Shown: positions 10,161-20,924 of the stretch, piece after piece | Numbering within the stretch: position 1 is the first letter of the stretch | Layout of the letters: the number at the start of each line of letters is the position of its first letter | From: a virus | Taxonomy: Duplodnaviria > Heunggongvirae > Uroviricota > Caudoviricetes | Length of the DNA stretch: 64,000 nt | IMG/VR virus record: IMGVR_UViG_3300009784_000001 | Coordinates: 278,418 to 342,417 of that record | Strand: one strand, 5' to 3' | Translations under genes and position numbers: made by a program | Notes under the pieces: generated by a model | What the model saw: only the letters and a program-made list of their open reading frames with translations | Told to the model about the DNA's origin: nothing | Database searches by the model: none

Positions 10161-12631
10161 AATTAATGCAAGATAATATATATGAAACAATATATTCAAT
10201 AGTTTCAGATAAACTTTTATTGGAAGCTACTGCACAAGAAATACATCAAAAAGATGAAGTTTTTGGTAAGTCAATGTTTGAAAACAAAATTAATAATAAA
10301 AAGTTATTAAATGAGAAATTGGGTGTTTCTTCTGAAGTACAAAATACAGCAAAAAAAGTTGCTGATGAAATATGGAAAAAAAGAAATGAATCTCATTCAG
10401 CATTTATGCTGCAAGATATTGATTTTATAGGTAAATTATGGGTTAATTCATATTTAACAAAAGATAAAAATGAAGTTAATGCTGACATTAATCATATTCG
10501 TTTTCCTGGTGTTTATAATGATAGATTATATGATTTTACATATAAAGAAGATACTTCAATAGAAGATTATATTAATAGAGGAATGTCTGCAATATCTTTA
10601 AATGTTTATTTTTTCTCAAATGATTATAATAGTTTGTTAGATATAATAACCCATGAAGTTAATCATATTTATGATTTTTATATAAAAGGTAAGAATAATA
10701 AAGAAGTCCCATTTACAAGGTTAGATGTAAATGCAAGAAATGCAGAAGATTCAGGCAATCCAGAGGCAAGAAAGGTGGGAGCGTTAATATATTATGGTAG
10801 AGATAGTGAAATACAATCATATACACAACAATCATTTAGTGAAATGAAAAATGGCACCCCATATGATAAAACTGTTTTATATAACATATACAATGATTTG
10901 ATTTATATGCAAAGTAAAATTAATGCTTATGATGATGATGATTGGGAGCAAGTTATGTATTATGTTTTTCCCAATACAAAAATAAAAGGTCATGCTGATT
11001 TAGATTATTTATATAATAATGATTTTTCAGAAAAAGATACTCCTTCTATAGAATATATCAAAAAATATGTTAATAATTTATTAGATAAAACATTGAAAAA
11101 ATATATTAAAAACATAGGTAGATTAAGAGCAAATTTTAATACTAATGAAGAAATAAAAGGTAAAAAAGTAATTATAAAAGAAGAACAAGTTAAATTATTG
11201 AGACAGATTATTAATGAAGATAATAGAGAAGTTACTTATTATGAATTTTTATCACAATTAAAAGCATTTTTGAGAGATCTATTATCTAATCCTGTTACTT
11301 CTCAATTAGATGATTTTTGGAAATTAAGAGGTTTTTCAAAATCAAAACTTATTTTATATTTAATAAAGAAAGGTATTATAGAAAAAGATGAAAAGTTAAA
11401 TGAGGATAATCCAGAAGAAGTTAAAATGGATATATCTTATAAAATACCAAAAAAAAATTTTCAGCGTTCAGTAAAAAGAATGTACCAACGTTTTTTTGAA
11501 AAGAATGATATAGAACAATTGGAAGAAGATGGGGCTACTGGCGCAGGTGCAACTTCTGTTGGGGGAGCGGGGTTAGATGGGTCAAATACACTTTTAACTC
11601 CTGTTTTTCCTGTTCAAAGTCGCCCTATATATAAACCAAAATTACAAGAAGGTTTAAGTTCTATTTTGTATCATTTTACATCGCCAGATAGATTAGTTGA
11701 AATATTACAAAGTAATGAAATGGTAAGTCATCATCATGCAGAAAAACCTTATGATAATTTTTATCGTTTCTCTTTTACAAGAACAAAAAAAGGAGATACT
11801 GGTTATCAAATGAATAATTATGGTGCAAGAATAACATTTGATGGAAATTTGTTATCTACTAAATATAAAGGCGTTCCATATGATTATTACAGTAGTACTG
11901 GAAATGAAGGTTGGGGAAGTAAAGAAAATAGAAGAAAAGAAGATTTAAAATCAATACCATCTGATCTTGTTAATAGAGGAGAAAGTGTACTAGCGAGATA
12001 TACTGAAATGGAAGATATGTTATTATCACCAAAAGATACTATTGATAATATTAGTAAATATATAATAAGGATAGATGTTTTACTTGAAAATGAGAATAAT
12101 TTCAAGAAGTATATAAAGGATTATAAACCAAGATACAAAACAGCAATAAAAGAATTAACAAACACTAATTTTTATAAATCTGGTAAAATGTACTTTTATG
12201 ATAATATGAAGGATTTTAATTTTCAAACTAATAATATTGTTATTAATAGTCAATTAATTTTATATCTTAATGAGGCTTTATCTCCAATAGCTGGTTTACC
12301 AGGAATTAGTATAGATGATGTTAAACTAATTCAAAATAGCCCATTAACAATGGGAATTATTGGAAATACAAAAAGTGAAAAGAGAGATAATTTAATAAAT
12401 AAAATAAATGATAATATTATGAATAATAAAGGATTAAAATTTGCCACCTCAAGTTCACAACCAAAATGTAATCTTGCAAGATTCCCCCAACTTTGGGATG
12501 AATATAAAAGCAATTTAAATTTTTATAATTCAAAAGAAGAGGCTATTAATAATAGAAAGAATAATGATTATGTGTTATATATTGCAAATTCTGATGACTC
12601 TTATAATAATATAGAACATTTTTCAATTTAA
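10157..12631 (+). CDS. large multidomain probable virion-internal protein (HExxH and possible ADP-ribosyltransferase-like domains)
   Basis: THEVNH; LYHFTS..FSFTR..EMED; many L/I-x-E linkers. Confidence 0.5.
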   Translation: MKLMQDNIYETIYSIVSDKLLLEATAQEIHQKDEVFGKSMFENKINNKKLLNEKLGVSSEVQNTAKKVADEIWKKRNESHSAFMLQDIDFIGKLWVNSYLTKDKNEVNADINHIRFPGVYNDRLYDFTYKEDTSIEDYINRGMSAISLNVYFFSNDYNSLLDIITHEVNHIYDFYIKGKNNKEVPFTRLDVNARNAEDSGNPEARKVGALIYYGRDSEIQSYTQQSFSEMKNGTPYDKTVLYNIYNDLIYMQSKINAYDDDDWEQVMYYVFPNTKIKGHADLDYLYNNDFSEKDTPSIEYIKKYVNNLLDKTLKKYIKNIGRLRANFNTNEEIKGKKVIIKEEQVKLLRQIINEDNREVTYYEFLSQLKAFLRDLLSNPVTSQLDDFWKLRGFSKSKLILYLIKKGIIEKDEKLNEDNPEEVKMDISYKIPKKNFQRSVKRMYQRFFEKNDIEQLEEDGATGAGATSVGGAGLDGSNTLLTPVFPVQSRPIYKPKLQEGLSSILYHFTSPDRLVEILQSNEMVSHHHAEKPYDNFYRFSFTRTKKGDTGYQMNNYGARITFDGNLLSTKYKGVPYDYYSSTGNEGWGSKENRRKEDLKSIPSDLVNRGESVLARYTEMEDMLLSPKDTIDNISKYIIRIDVLLENENNFKKYIKDYKPRYKTAIKELTNTNFYKSGKMYFYDNMKDFNFQTNNIVINSQLILYLNEALSPIAGLPGISIDDVKLIQNSPLTMGIIGNTKSEKRDNLINKINDNIMNNKGLKFATSSSQPKCNLARFPQLWDEYKSNLNFYNSKEEAINNRKNNDYVLYIANSDDSYNNIEHFSI

Positions 12632-12661
12632 TACCAAACAATAAACTATTTATAATAAAAA

Positions 12662-12847
12662 ATGGTAAGTAATTTTTATGATATACAGGGTTCTTCTTTA
12701 GATAAACTTTGTAAAGTTAAAGAAGAAATTGATGAGGAATATGAAAAAGAGGAAATTGATAAGAATAAAATAAATAAATTAATGTATCAACAACTTATGG
12801 TAAGTTTACCTTTAACTGTACAAAATAGATATTTAAGACCATATTAA
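12662..12847 (+). CDS. hypothetical protein
   Basis: ORF track. Confidence 0.55.
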   Translation: MVSNFYDIQGSSLDKLCKVKEEIDEEYEKEEIDKNKINKLMYQQLMVSLPLTVQNRYLRPY

Positions 12848-12872
12848 ATAAAAAAATGACAATAATATTCAT

Positions 12873-14690
12873 ATGAATAAATTATATAATGTAGAACAAT
12901 TGAGAAAAATCATTGCAGAATCAATTGAAGAATTTGAACCTGTAATTGGTAAAGATGTTGAGAAAGATAATAAAAAAAATAATACAGAATCTTATAAAGA
13001 TGCTCAAAAAAGAGCAAAAGATTTTGATGGTGGATTAACAGAAGATACTGGAAATCCTTCTGTTGAAGATAGTATTTTTCAAACAGCCGCTGATAGAGAT
13101 AATATGGGTATGGAAAGATTAAAATATACTAATCCTGTTGGAGAACCTTTTAAAAAAAGAGTTCAAGCTCAAATAATGGGTAAAAATTCTGATTTGGAAG
13201 AAGATATTGATGATAAAAGTGGGGTATCTACAGAAGGTAATAAAAAATTTTTAAAAAAAGCAGAAGAAATGAATAAGTTTGATAATGATAACCTTGGAAT
13301 TGGTGGTAAGAATCAATCACTTGTCCAATTTGGTGATAAAATAGCCACTGGTACAGGGACACCAAAAAATAAAGAAAGTGCTTTTGAATCAGTTAATGAA
13401 GGTAAATGCAATGGTAGTTGTGTGAGAAAAGTTGGAAATGATTGGAGAGTAGTATCTAATAAAACTGGTAAACTCTGGCCACAAACTTATGATTCAAAAG
13501 AAAGTGCAGAAGATGCATTAAAAGCATATCATGTTCATGAAAATAAAGTTAAGATTGGTCAAATATTTACTGAAACAAAACATAATTTAAAACTGAAATT
13601 AACAGGATTAAATGAGGATAAAACAAAACTTAATTTTATTGATGAATCTTCAAATAAAAAATATTCTTTATTAAAGGAAAATTTCAAAAAAGCCTTACAA
13701 GAAAAAAAGATATTAAGAGAATTAGATGTAGCTACTAACTTTTCACAAGGAACACCAAATGTACAACCTGCTGGTTATAGTGTAGGTGATATATTGGAAA
13801 CCCCTGAATATGGTGGTAAATATTTAATAACAAAAATAGAAAATGGTCAAGTTATTTATAAAGATTTGAAATATGATGAAATGTCAGGTGATTCAACAAG
13901 AGAAGTTAATGATAGAATAAATTCAGGCTATTATCGAGTTATACAAAATAATAATAATAATATGCAAACAGAAAATAAAAAATTGAAAGAAGGTAGAATT
14001 TTAAATGAGTGGGGTTTTGGAAATAATGAAATGCAAACTAATAATCAATCAATGGTGCAAAAGTATCAAGAGATACTTAATATATTAAAGGGTTCAAATA
14101 TTCCTTTTAATTTAAATAATGTAACACCTCCTGATTTCGCATCAGGTAAAAGAAGATTTGATGTAAGTGCTAATGTAAGATTTGATGAAAGAAATAGACT
14201 TTTTGAATATGCTGAATGGTTGAAAAAGAATTATCCAAATTTAATACAAAATGCAGGTTCTGGTTCTAATAATACTAATGGAGAAAATCTTCAAATTATA
14301 TATATAGATGTTAAAGATGACAGTTCTCAACAATTTGAATCTAAATTAAAAAGATTAAATTTTAAAAAAGATAATTTTGTATGTGAAAGTCATATGTTTT
14401 CATTAATACCAGAAGAATATAAAGTTAATGGCAATAAGTTTTATATGAAAGATGCTTCTGAAAATGAATATTTGATTGAATGGAACAATAATTTGAAACA
14501 AAAAGCTGTTATTCTTGAATATAAAAATGAAAAGAAATTAAATGAAAACATGTCAAGAATGAAAGATTTATGGAATTATAATTCTTCAGATACAACAAAA
14601 TCTTTGAATGAACAAGAAAGAATTAGTGAGAAACAAAATATAGGAAATTTCATTCAAAAAGTTAAAGAAATTTCCAAAAAAAATGATTGA
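12873..14690 (+). CDS. hypothetical, probable head-associated protein
   Basis: Repeated IAE/VNE/LNE/LKE motifs. Confidence 0.5.
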   Translation: MNKLYNVEQLRKIIAESIEEFEPVIGKDVEKDNKKNNTESYKDAQKRAKDFDGGLTEDTGNPSVEDSIFQTAADRDNMGMERLKYTNPVGEPFKKRVQAQIMGKNSDLEEDIDDKSGVSTEGNKKFLKKAEEMNKFDNDNLGIGGKNQSLVQFGDKIATGTGTPKNKESAFESVNEGKCNGSCVRKVGNDWRVVSNKTGKLWPQTYDSKESAEDALKAYHVHENKVKIGQIFTETKHNLKLKLTGLNEDKTKLNFIDESSNKKYSLLKENFKKALQEKKILRELDVATNFSQGTPNVQPAGYSVGDILETPEYGGKYLITKIENGQVIYKDLKYDEMSGDSTREVNDRINSGYYRVIQNNNNNMQTENKKLKEGRILNEWGFGNNEMQTNNQSMVQKYQEILNILKGSNIPFNLNNVTPPDFASGKRRFDVSANVRFDERNRLFEYAEWLKKNYPNLIQNAGSGSNNTNGENLQIIYIDVKDDSSQQFESKLKRLNFKKDNFVCESHMFSLIPEEYKVNGNKFYMKDASENEYLIEWNNNLKQKAVILEYKNEKKLNENMSRMKDLWNYNSSDTTKSLNEQERISEKQNIGNFIQKVKEISKKND

Positions 14691-14720
14691 TATAAATTTA
14701 AAAAACCAAAATTAATTAGT

Positions 14721-15437
14721 ATGGAAAATGTTGGAGAAGTTATTGGGAAAAACAAAAATATAATTACCTCTTTAATGGAAGCGATAGGAAAATATGGTAA
14801 AAATACTTTGCTTTTTGCTACTATGGCTTTTCTTGTATATGTATTTGCAATTAGAGAAATAATTAATCCACCATCAAAAATGGTTAAAGAAGAATTTACT
14901 AGAATTGATGAAGCTAATAAAAAAGAAGAAATAGATGGAATTGAAAAAAGAAAAAAAGCTGATGTTTTAATACCATCCTTATTAAGTCAATTAAGAATTG
15001 ATGTTAATGCTTCTAGAGTTTTAATATTAGAATTTCATAATAGTACTAAAAATGTTAATAAATTACCTTTTTATTATTTTAGTTCAACTTATGAAGAAAT
15101 TAATAATAGTGATTTATCTATAGGGTATATAAGTGATGATTTTTATTATCAAAGAACAGGAGATTATGGTGATTTTTTAGCTAAATTAAGACAAAATCGT
15201 TCTATTTTCATTCCTGATTTATCAACAAATAATAATTCTAGAATGACAGATAAATTGATAAGAGCTGGTGCAAAATCTGTTTATTTTTATGAAATAGAAG
15301 GTATAAGTTTACCTACTGGTATATTATTAATAGAATCTGATAAAGAAACATTAGATGAAAACTTAATTAATAAAAATATTACGAAAGTTATTTCATATGT
15401 TACTTCATTATTGGAAGGAATTCCAATACCTAAATAA
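14721..15437 (+). CDS. putative holin (single TM + GAF-like domain, T4 T-like architecture)
   Basis: N-terminal TM, ASRVLILEFHN. Confidence 0.45.
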   Translation: MENVGEVIGKNKNIITSLMEAIGKYGKNTLLFATMAFLVYVFAIREIINPPSKMVKEEFTRIDEANKKEEIDGIEKRKKADVLIPSLLSQLRIDVNASRVLILEFHNSTKNVNKLPFYYFSSTYEEINNSDLSIGYISDDFYYQRTGDYGDFLAKLRQNRSIFIPDLSTNNNSRMTDKLIRAGAKSVYFYEIEGISLPTGILLIESDKETLDENLINKNITKVISYVTSLLEGIPIPK

Positions 15438-15456
15438 AATATTATAATAAATAAAA

Positions 15457-16113
15457 ATGAGTGATACTACATCAACTACTTCAAATAATACTCATAAGAT
15501 AACTGACATTTTACAATGGGTACTAATTGTTGGGTTAATTGCATTATTATTTTATTATTGGAATAATGTTCATACATTAAAAGATAATATATATAAAATA
15601 GATCAAGAAAATGGAGCTACAATTACTTATCAGGCTTCTCAAATATCTGATTTAAAACAAATAAATGATTCTTTATATCAAAAATATAAAGATGATAAAA
15701 ATGTTGAATCCATTATTCAATATAAATATATAGTAAAAAGAGATACTGTATTAAAAGAGCCTACTCAAAAAATAGAAAATGACAGTATTGTTAAATTTTT
15801 ATATTCCAATCAAAATCAATATTTTAATTATGATATAGGCGTATATACGAAAGAGAAACCTGATAGCATTGGTTTTAATTTTCAATTAAGTGATACATTC
15901 ACTATTGTTAATAAAAAACTTTATGATGATGTTTATCAAACATATATAAGCTCAAAATCTCAATCTCCTATAGAACCTCTTGTTGTTTTTAAAAAGAAAA
16001 ATAGTTTTTGGAGCAATTTTCATTTTGGACCACAAGTAGGTGTTGGATATGGTTTTATTAATAAAAAACCAGATATTTATCTTGGTATTGGAGCTCAATA
16101 TAATATTAAATAA
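15457..16113 (+). CDS. membrane-anchored protein, possible spanin-like
   Basis: TM, coiled coil, C-terminal GPQVGVGYG..GIGAQYNI beta strands. Confidence 0.4.
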   Translation: MSDTTSTTSNNTHKITDILQWVLIVGLIALLFYYWNNVHTLKDNIYKIDQENGATITYQASQISDLKQINDSLYQKYKDDKNVESIIQYKYIVKRDTVLKEPTQKIENDSIVKFLYSNQNQYFNYDIGVYTKEKPDSIGFNFQLSDTFTIVNKKLYDDVYQTYISSKSQSPIEPLVVFKKKNSFWSNFHFGPQVGVGYGFINKKPDIYLGIGAQYNIK

Positions 16114-16141
16114 AATATTTAAAAGTTTATATTAATAAGAC

Positions 16142-16411
16142 TTGATTAATTCAAGTCTTTTTTTATTTTTAAAAGTAAAAGATAATTTTATGGTAGAAAA
16201 AATAAACATATTTGTATTCATATTTTCAATTCTTTTTTTATTAAAAGAAGGATATTTATTTGTACAACAAATATTAAAGAACAGAGAAATAATGGATGGA
16301 AAAGTATATAATGAAAATGGAGTAATCCCCTATCAAATACCATTTCTAAGACTTTTATTTGTTGGTTTAGCAATTTCATATTTTATAACTTGTTTAATAA
16401 AAGGATTTTAA
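16142..16411 (+). CDS. small membrane protein
   Basis: Two TM helices. Confidence 0.55.
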   Translation: MINSSLFLFLKVKDNFMVEKINIFVFIFSILFLLKEGYLFVQQILKNREIMDGKVYNENGVIPYQIPFLRLLFVGLAISYFITCLIKGF

Positions 16412-16578
16412 TTTTAATAGTGAATGAAAAAAAAGATAGTAATGGTTTAAATAAAAGAATAGAAAGAGATAAAATTAAAAGAGAATTATGCAAAAAAAAT
16501 AATCTTCCTTTATATTATATAAACTATAATGATAATATAAAAGAAAAGTTAAATGAAATACTAAAGAATTATGGATAG
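16390..16578 (+). pseudogene. C-terminal remnant of the zinc-ribbon/Vsr endonuclease family
   Basis: ERDKIKRELCKKNNLPLYYINYNDNIKEKLNEIL nearly matches the end of 9146-9907. Confidence 0.75.
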
Positions 16579-17062
16579 TTTAGAAAAACATATTGAGGAA
16601 ATTGGGAATCGTTTTCTTGGAATGAAAAAAGAAAATACTAATATTAATGGGGTAAATGAAATACTTACAAGAATTGAAATTGATTTTAAATCAGATTCTC
16701 CAAATTTTATTTATACTACATTTGGGTTTCCTAATAATGTTCCTGTAAATGAACAAATAATTAAATGTGTTAAACAAAAAGGAGATAATGAAATTTACTA
16801 TTTATTCAGTACATCAAAAGATATTGGTTTTATAGACTTAATAAAACATGCTGAAAAAATAATTGATATTAATTCTTCTATTGAAAAAAAAAGGAATTTA
16901 TTAACTTTAAAAATAGAGGAATTAACAAAATTATTTGGTAAGTTAGAATATAATGAATTGAAAACATTAACATTTAAGTATAAAGAAAAAAGAAAAAAGA
17001 ATGTTGAAACTGAAAAAGAAGAAATTATTAATACAGATAATAGTTCTGTTAAAACAGATTAA
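16571..17062 (+). CDS. hypothetical protein
   Basis: ORF track. Confidence 0.6.
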   Translation: MDSLEKHIEEIGNRFLGMKKENTNINGVNEILTRIEIDFKSDSPNFIYTTFGFPNNVPVNEQIIKCVKQKGDNEIYYLFSTSKDIGFIDLIKHAEKIIDINSSIEKKRNLLTLKIEELTKLFGKLEYNELKTLTFKYKEKRKKNVETEKEEIINTDNSSVKTD

Positions 17063-17064
17063 AT

Positions 17065-17217
17065 ATGGGTTGTAATTGTAAGAAGAATGTTAATATTAAA
17101 ACTGATGTTAAAAAGAAATTAATTGATAATATTCAAAATAAACAATTTTCTGTAAAATCAAATTTATCTAAACAAAAGAAACTATCTGTATTAGTAGGAA
17201 CAAAAATAATTTATTAA
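17065..17217 (+). CDS. small basic protein MGCNCKK (50 aa)
   Basis: Manual translation; fills gap between genes. Confidence 0.6.
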   Translation: MGCNCKKNVNIKTDVKKKLIDNIQNKQFSVKSNLSKQKKLSVLVGTKIIY

Positions 17218-17227
17218 AGTAAAAAAA

Positions 17228-17665
17228 ATGATTGATTTAATTATTCTCATAATATTTGGGTTGTTAGCATATTCACTTGCTTTTATGTTGGTATTTAAAC
17301 AACCACCAATATTAAAACCTTTATATTGGTTATTTAAATTTGTTGGATTAAAGGATGCTTTGTCTTGCATTTTTTGTATGGGATTTTGGAGTAGTGCATT
17401 TTTGTCAGCATTGAATATTTTTGTATTATCCAATATTAAATTTACAATGTTATTAACTATTAATGGTTTTCCAGAAACATGGTTATATAAATTAATTTAT
17501 ATAGTATTAGATGGTTTTATTGGTGCAGGATTAGTTTATTTAATTCATTCATTTCAAGAATCATTAGAAGTAAAATCTGAACAAGTTAATTATGAATATG
17601 TAGATAGTTCTGATATTGCTGAAAAGATAAATTTATCTTCTTCTAAACAAATATTACATGATTAA
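17228..17665 (+). CDS. DUF1360-like membrane protein
   Basis: LSCIFCMGFW, TM helices. Confidence 0.55.
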   Translation: MIDLIILIIFGLLAYSLAFMLVFKQPPILKPLYWLFKFVGLKDALSCIFCMGFWSSAFLSALNIFVLSNIKFTMLLTINGFPETWLYKLIYIVLDGFIGAGLVYLIHSFQESLEVKSEQVNYEYVDSSDIAEKINLSSSKQILHD

Positions 17666-17667
17666 AA

Positions 17668-17886
17668 ATGGTTGATTATTTGGAAGAATTAAAAGGGTTG
17701 GATAGAGATAAACTTTTATCTGAAAATCAATTGAAAAGTGAAATGAATGGTTTTATTTATCAGTTAAGAAATACTGATTTAGGAAAACAAATAAAAAGTG
17801 AAATTCTAATTCCAAAAAAAGTAAAAGTAGATAAGTTATATAAATGGAAACAAAGAGTTAATAAATTTTTTAATTTATTCGGATAA
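17668..17886 (+). CDS. hypothetical protein
   Basis: ORF track. Confidence 0.6.
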   Translation: MVDYLEELKGLDRDKLLSENQLKSEMNGFIYQLRNTDLGKQIKSEILIPKKVKVDKLYKWKQRVNKFFNLFG

Positions 17887-18185
17887 TGAAAAAGTATTTT
17901 GCCACTGAAAAAGATATATTTGAAATTGCAACAGTATTGAATGAAAAATTTGATGAATATGATTTATCAAATATGGAAATTAGAATTGGTTTACCATCTT
18001 ATAAATTGAAAAAATTGGATGAATTTTTATTCAAAAAATTTAACCCTAATATTCCTTTATCTAAATTTATTTCGCAGGAAGAAGTAAATATGCATCTTGC
18101 TGGAATTAAATTTATGCTTTATAAGAGTGATGATAAAGGATTAGAAATTAAGGTAGATGAAAATGGTAATGAATATATTGATTAA
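17886..18185 (+). CDS. hypothetical protein
   Basis: ORF track. Confidence 0.6.
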   Translation: MKKYFATEKDIFEIATVLNEKFDEYDLSNMEIRIGLPSYKLKKLDEFLFKKFNPNIPLSKFISQEEVNMHLAGIKFMLYKSDDKGLEIKVDENGNEYID

Positions 18186-18188
18186 TTT

Positions 18189-18437
18189 ATGACAATAAAA
18201 GAAAGAGAAAAATTTAATAGATATTTGGTAGATAGATATGATCAATGCTATCCAAGAGTGAAAAGAAGTGAAAGTAGAAATATTCCTATAGGAAAAGAAA
18301 TATCTTATAAATACACTTGTTATCCATTATATTTTGATTCAGATAATTATGCAAGATTTCTTGTTAATGAAAATAATTTCGATTTTATTAATTACATGAC
18401 AGATGATGAATGGGAATATCATAATTTTGAAATATGA
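18189..18437 (+). CDS. hypothetical protein
   Basis: ORF track. Confidence 0.55.
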   Translation: MTIKEREKFNRYLVDRYDQCYPRVKRSESRNIPIGKEISYKYTCYPLYFDSDNYARFLVNENNFDFINYMTDDEWEYHNFEI

Positions 18438-19342
18438 GTAAAAATTTAACACAAGAGCAAATAATTGAACAATTTAGAAAAATACATGGGAATAAGTATG
18501 ATTATTCTAAAGTAAACTATATAAAAAAGCATTCTGAAGTTTGTATAATTTGCCCAATTCATGGAGAATTTTGGATGCAACCAAATAATCATATTGTTGG
18601 AAAAAATAATTGTCCTAAATGTTCAAAAAAGTATAAATGGACGACAGAAGAATGGATAGAAGAAGCAAAGAGAATACATGGAAATAAGTATGATTATAGT
18701 AAAGTTAAATATATTGATGCTCATACTAAAGTATGTATTATTTGTCCTGAGCATGGTGAGTTTTGGCAATCTCCTACTAATCACACACATTTAACACAAC
18801 ATAGAGGGTGCCCTAAATGTAATAAGGGTATAAAATATACACAAGATGAATGGATTGAGCTAGCTAATAAAAGACATGTTGGAATTTATGATTATTCTAA
18901 AGTAAACTATAAAGATTCAAATGCAAAAGTATGTATTTTTTGTAAAAAGTGTAATAATGAATTTTGGCAGCTTCCAAATGCACATATGGCAGGGCAAGGA
19001 TGTCCTCATTGTAAAAAATCTAAAATAGAAATAATTGTTGAAAAGATTCTAAATAGTAAAAATATATTATATTTTTATGAATATAGAAAATTTAAATGGT
19101 TAAAAAATAAAAAGTTATTAGAATTAGATTTCTATCTTCCAGATTATAATATTGCTATTGAATGTCAAGGAAGACAACATTTTGAAGAAAGAAAATGGTT
19201 TGGAGGTATAAAGCAACTTAATATTCTTCAAAATAATGACAGAATTAAGAAAGAATTATGTGAAAAGAACAACCTTTCCTTATATTATATAAATTATAAT
19301 GATAATGTAGAAGAAAAAATGAAAGAAATACTTAGTCTTTAG
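18434..19342 (+). CDS. zinc-ribbon repeat + Vsr-like putative homing endonuclease
   Basis: Third paralog, three repeats, ELDFYLPDYNIAIECQG. Confidence 0.75.
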   Translation: MSKNLTQEQIIEQFRKIHGNKYDYSKVNYIKKHSEVCIICPIHGEFWMQPNNHIVGKNNCPKCSKKYKWTTEEWIEEAKRIHGNKYDYSKVKYIDAHTKVCIICPEHGEFWQSPTNHTHLTQHRGCPKCNKGIKYTQDEWIELANKRHVGIYDYSKVNYKDSNAKVCIFCKKCNNEFWQLPNAHMAGQGCPHCKKSKIEIIVEKILNSKNILYFYEYRKFKWLKNKKLLELDFYLPDYNIAIECQGRQHFEERKWFGGIKQLNILQNNDRIKKELCEKNNLSLYYINYNDNVEEKMKEILSL

Positions 19343-19628
19343 CTGATGGAATTTTATTATATTTTTTCATAATATTTTCAAGCATTTTTTTATGATTTTC
19401 TTCATCACTAATTAATTCTTGTATAATATTAATATCTTCTTCATCATTTGTATATTGTAGTAAATTCAAATAAATTCTTATTGCATCTGCCTCTGATTTT
19501 ATTGCATTGGAAATCAATTCAGCTAATTTTAAATTAGGAGTTGAATATATTTTATTATCATTATAAAATTCTTCTTCATTTAATTTTCTTAAAACTGAAT
19601 TTGTTATTTCATTAATTATATTCTTCAT
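19332..19628 (-). CDS. ferritin/rubrerythrin-like protein
   Basis: AIKSEADAIRIY...DEENHKKML diiron pattern; likely start MKNIINE. Confidence 0.65.
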   Translation of the reverse strand: MKNIINEITNSVLRKLNEEEFYNDNKIYSTPNLKLAELISNAIKSEADAIRIYLNLLQYTNDEEDINIIQELISDEENHKKMLENIMKKYNKIPSAKD

Positions 19629-19651
19629 GTGCTTATTTTTATTATAAATAT

Positions 19652-20773
19652 TTAATTGGATGACATACATTTTTTTATTTTTGATATATCCCATCCTGTT
19701 TTTTCTTGAATTAATTTTTCTGTAAAATCGCTACTTAATGGCCCATCACTAAATCCCAAAAAGGTTATGTAATTTATTTTTTTCTTTGTACATATTTCTT
19801 CAATTCTATTGTATAAATCAATTATAACATTTTTATTTGTTCCAATGATCATATCAAAAATATGATCATCATCTTTTATAAGTAGTTTATTTTTATAGAT
19901 AGATATTTGTTTTGATTCATTATTATTTAGTATAAGGTTATCTAAAATGAAAGTTATATTTTTCCTATTTCCATCTCTCTTAAATGAATTATAACCATAT
20001 ACATGATAATCTTCTTCATAATTATATATTTGCTTATTTAGTATAATCCACTTTTTTATTTCTCTTTTTTTATTACCCCATTCAGTTTTATCTAAATCGT
20101 GAGTAGCTTCAACTATATTTTCAATTAATTTTCCATATTCATTTGGAAATTTTGAGTGTTCTAAATCCTCTTCATTCAATTTTAATAATAATATTTCATA
20201 TTTTCGTTCCCAATCATTCCTTTGAGAATATTTTTTAGATACAATGATATTTTTATTATCCTCTATAAATTTATCATAATCATTAATAGCACTTTTTTTA
20301 TCAAAATATCTACCAAGTTTTTTCCTTTCTTTACCATTTAATGTAACTATTATTCTATATTTACATTCTGATTTTTTCTTTTTCTCAATATGAAAGCCAT
20401 TTCTTCTTGCCTCATTCATTAGCTTTACAAGGTATTTACGTTTACATTCATTTGAACAAAATTTCACTTCATTTCCTTTTTTTAAGTATTTCAACTTAAA
20501 TTCTTTCCCACATTCATCACAAACATAAGTTTTTAGATATTTTCCTCTTTTTCTTTTTATAACACCTTCTTTTATAAGTTTTTCTTTATTTTTATAATAT
20601 CTTGCCAATCCTTGCCTTCTTTCAATTATTTTTTCATATTTCTCTTTATCTTCTTCATTTAATATTGTTAATTCTCTTTTTGATATCACTTCTTCTCCTT
20701 TTTCTATTCTTCCAATTAACTCTTTTTTTCTTTTTTCCATTACAATTTCAAAATTTCCTTTTTTTACTGCCAT
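19652..20773 (-). CDS. basic hypothetical protein with Zn-finger
   Basis: CDECGK..FCSNEC. Confidence 0.6.
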   Translation of the reverse strand: MAVKKGNFEIVMEKRKKELIGRIEKGEEVISKRELTILNEEDKEKYEKIIERRQGLARYYKNKEKLIKEGVIKRKRGKYLKTYVCDECGKEFKLKYLKKGNEVKFCSNECKRKYLVKLMNEARRNGFHIEKKKKSECKYRIIVTLNGKERKKLGRYFDKKSAINDYDKFIEDNKNIIVSKKYSQRNDWERKYEILLLKLNEEDLEHSKFPNEYGKLIENIVEATHDLDKTEWGNKKREIKKWIILNKQIYNYEEDYHVYGYNSFKRDGNRKNITFILDNLILNNNESKQISIYKNKLLIKDDDHIFDMIIGTNKNVIIDLYNRIEEICTKKKINYITFLGFSDGPLSSDFTEKLIQEKTGWDISKIKKCMSSN

Positions 20774-20866
20774 AACTTTTTAATTTGAAATATTATTATT
20801 TTAATATAAATATGTGTATATTTGGAAAGTGATTTATTTAATAAAGAAATATTTTTTTCTATAAAT

Positions 20867-20897
20867 TTTGAAATAAGAAAAAAAGGAATTATCTTTG
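20867..20897 (+). promoter_or_regulatory. Bacteroidota-type promoter
   Basis: TTTG...TATCTTTG. Confidence 0.7.
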
Positions 20898-20924
20898 TAC
20901 TATAAATTTTAAATATTATAAAAA

